DNA of 64,000 bases, from the NCBI RefSeq assembly GCF_009914755.1, contig NC_060927.1, one strand, 5' to 3'. Origin of the DNA: the human T2T-CHM13v2.0 reference genome, Homo sapiens. This document shows, piece by piece, positions 60,675 through 64,000 of the stretch. The translations under genes were made by a program, and so were the position numbers. Under the pieces are notes generated by a model. The model made no database searches, was not told where the DNA came from, and saw only the letters and a list, made by a program, of their open reading frames with translations. Numbering within the stretch: position 1 is the stretch's first letter; every line of letters begins with the position of its first letter.

Positions 60675-61155
60675 TGTCTTCCACTTCCAGTCATAATAAA
60701 CTGTCTGACACCAGAGAGCCCTCTGACTGTAGATAATAAAAATTTGGACAGAATATATCTAATATTGTTTTCAGATACTGGATAATACAGATCTGTGACT
60801 TTGAAAAAATAACGAGCAAGGTAAGCTCCACTGTTACTCCATCTTTCTGCATGGATGCATTTTGTATGCCATGGTACAAGGAAGAGAGAAGTTCAAACAG
60901 AGAAAATAGGCTTGCCGAATTGAGAAGACAGATTAGAGGTAACTGTACACAGAAGAGGTGTTCCCAAAATCTGCCTATAGGTCCCCTTGCATTTATATTG
61001 GAATACTAAGCTGCATACAAAAAAGGGTACAAATGATAGAAATATTTTATTTTTTCATGGGATATAAATTACACAACTGTGTGTATTTTTGAAAACTCAC
61101 CCACTCTACACTTACCATCTATGCATTCTACTTTCTGTAAAATATACTTTACTTT
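60675..61155 (+). mobile_element. Old L1M (MD/ME-like) 5' end piece joined to a 3' end piece
   Basis: cttccacttccag...ataaaaatttggacagaatatat...gttttcagatactgga (5'-like). ttacacaactgtgtgtatttttgaaaactcacccactctacactta...ctgtaaaatatactt (3'-like). Confidence 0.55.
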
Positions 61156-61164
61156 GGTAGAAAA

Positions 61165-61745
61165 TAGTGACATAACTTGGCTAGTTTTTTAATGGGATCA
61201 CTCTGGCTGCTTTGTTCAAATTTAAGCTATGTGTGGGGACACATAGAGGCATGAAGAAAAAGTAGGAACTTTTTGCTGTGAGTTGAATAAGAGATAGCTC
61301 AACTTGGACTAGGGTTGTATTTGTGGATGGGGTATAAACTGTTACAGTTCTGGTTATATTTTGAAGCTAGATCCATGGGATTTACTGATGGATTGAAAGA
61401 GGGCTGGAGGCAAAGAAAGAAGTCAAGAAAGCAAGTGTTCGGCCTGAACAGACATAAGGGTGAAATAATAATGTACTGATACAGGGAAGAATGTGGGTGG
61501 AGCATGTGTGGAAAATATTAAGAATTCAGTTATGGATGTGTTAGAAAAGTTGTATGAGACCTTTAAGGGGTCACATGTAGACAGAGAACTGTGCATGGCT
61601 TAATCTCTGGGACGCTCTAACTTTAAAAAGCCAGGAAGTTGAGAAAAAGCCAGAAAAAAAAATAGATGGAATGGTGAATGATGCAAAATAAAATTCAGGA
61701 GAATGCAACATCCTATCAGCTGTGTTAACTATGCACATTGATGTG
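61165..61745 (-). mobile_element. L2 fragment
   Basis: ggatcactctggctgct...ggatttactgatggattgaa...gtgttcggcctgaaca. Confidence 0.7.
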
Positions 61746-61759
61746 CCGGAGGTTAACCT

Positions 61760-63855
61760 CTCCCTATCAACTGCATCCTTATTCTTTTATACACACTTTT
61801 ATCTCTACTACTAAAGCAAAACAAAACAAATAACTCCTCATCCACTCCAGTTATAAACCTCCTTTTCTTGTTGTCCAAGTCAAAGTTTTGCAAAGAGTTG
61901 TCTCTTTTCTTCCTCCACACTTTCCGTTGACTTCTCAATTCCCTCCAAACTGTCCTCAGCCCCCAGTATTTAAGGAAAAGCCTCATTAAAGTCATCAATA
62001 AACTACAGGTCTCTAAACCCAAAGTTTGGGTTTTCCCTTAGATATTATCTTACTTGCTCTTTAAGGAGTACTTGACAATCTCTACTTCTTATAACACTCT
62101 GCCTTAATTTTCAAGACATCACATCCAGTTTTCTTCCTACCTTTCTGGATTCCCCTTTTTAGTTGTATTTCTGAGTGCACCTTCTTGCCTTTAAATGCTA
62201 GGGTTTCTAAAAGTTTAATCAAAGGTTCCTAATTCAATCTACATTTTGTTTGTAAGAAACCTCATTCATGAGAAGTGGCATAACATGGTGATTGAGAATA
62301 TTAATCCCTTTTCCAGTCTTCCTTGGTTCAAAATTTAGCTCTGACATCAGTTTTGCCATCATGGCAAAAACTCAGCCTATTTTTGTCTCAGTTTTAATTT
62401 AAAAATTTTAATTTAAAATTATAATAGTTCTTATAGGATTGTCACAAGGATTAAATGAGTCCATATTAATAAATCACTAATATAAATGAGAGCAGCTTTA
62501 GTTACCACATGTAAGTGGCCAGCTCACACTTGATTTTCCCTGGCCTAGACCTCCTTTCTAAACTCGCAACCTACATATCCAACATTTTCCCTTTTATCTT
62601 AACTTAAATTTTTCAATAGTATCTCCAACTCAACATGTCCAAAACAGAATTCATTATTTAAAACCCTTGAACATTCCAAGGCTCCCCATCCCAGAAAATG
62701 ACATTATAACTCAGAAAAATAGGTGATATCCTCGACACAGGTTTCCCCCCACCACACCCTTCACATCCCTAACCAATCTATCCACAGTGTATCGATATAG
62801 CTTTTTACATGTTTCTTGAATCTGTTTTTTTCCTTGCTAATAAATTATATGCCCACTAACCTATTCTAATCTACTTTTATCTCTAATCTTCATGACTGCA
62901 ATAGCGTGCTATCTGGGCACCCTGAATCTTTTCTTTTCCCTATTCTCCATGCTATAGCCAGAATCATCTTCTGATTATGTTCTCAAAATTCAGCATAAAA
63001 TGCTTCGTTGATTTGGCCCGGCGTGGTGACTCACGCCTGTAATCCTAGCACTTTGGGAGGCCGAGGCGGGTGGATCACGAGGTCCAGAGATCGAGACCAT
63101 CTTGGCTAACACGGTGAAAGCCCGTCTCTACTAAAAATACAAAAACAAAATTAGCTGGGCGTGGTGGTGGGCACCTGTAGTCCCAGGTACTTGGGAGGCT
63201 GAGGCAGGAGAATGGCGGGAACTGGGAGGTGGAGCTTACAGTGAGCCGAAATCGCGCCACTGCACTCCAGCCTGGGCGACAGAGAGAGACTCCATCTGTC
63301 ACAAAAATAAATAAATAAAAATAAAAATAAATAAATAAATAAAAATAAAAACAAAAAAAGCTTCATTGATTTACTATGATTCACGGCAAAGCCTTAAATT
63401 CCTAACATGGCTTATTAATCTTCCCATGGCTGATTTCTTCACGGCCTTATTTCTATCAATTTCTTCATTTTTTGCTCCGTCCTTGCTTTTGATCAATTCT
63501 AAAATAACTCATGCTTCCTTCTGCAGAAGAGCATTTGTGCATTCTTTTCTTCTCCACTTATTTAATTCTTACTATCCATTCAGAGTTCAGCTCAATTATC
63601 ATTTTCTTCTTGAAGCCATTCCTAGTCTCCAGGTGCCATACATAACATCTGCTAATTCATGCATACTTATCAATATGTACCTTTCCTTATTCCACATATT
63701 ATTTTGTAAAATTTACATGTCAAACTATAAAACTTGATTATTGAAAACTTAAAGAGGGCAGGGCCTTCATATGCTTACCATTTTAAGCCCAGGATATATA
63801 CATAGCATGGTTCTTGGGAGAAAGCAGTCAATAAATATTTGCTGAATGGATAATT
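61760..63855 (+). mobile_element. L2 (ORF2 end to 3' end), interrupted by a MIR (~62270-62480) and AluY
   Basis: ctccaactcaacatgtccaaaacagaattcatt...gtcaataaatatttgctgaatgga (L2 3' terminus). Confidence 0.8.
63015..63359 (+). mobile_element. AluY
   Basis: gagatcgagaccatcttggctaacacggtg, gaatggcg, ggagctt. TSD gcttcgttgattt/gcttcattgattt. Confidence 0.96.
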
Positions 63856-64000
63856 AGGTAGCAGCAGTTATAGTAATGAGAAACAACTAAAAATATTCTA
63901 TAAGTTATGTGACAAAATGAACCAACTAAGTTTAAGTAACCATCAATATAAGCATAGAGTTAAAATATGTCCAGCCATTAGCCAGAAGGAATACCGAAGA

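Overview
Primate (human-like) AT-rich genomic DNA, either intergenic or deep-intronic. I find no recognisable protein-coding gene, RNA gene or CpG island. Roughly half the window is decayed interspersed repeats: L1 (L1PA/L1PB/L1MA/L1MC-type), Alu (J, S, Y and a monomer), MaLR/ERVL LTRs (THE1, MST, MLT1, MLT2), L2, MIR, the DNA transposons MER3, MER5 and MADE1, and microsatellites. The longer ORFs in the track are repeat-derived or low-complexity. I see no new biological system that the sequence can support. The best non-trivial observations are: an old ~270-bp direct duplication of non-repeat-looking DNA that keeps an AP-1 site in both copies (43.8/44.8 kb); three motif-dense unique blocks that look like enhancers (29.5, 38.3, 57.4 kb); DUX4-motif gain and loss among MaLR LTRs; deeply nested transposon stacks with readable TSDs; several deletion or template-switch scars; and an orphan A37 tract. 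Subfamily calls were made by eye from remembered consensus sequences, and boundaries of old elements are approximate.
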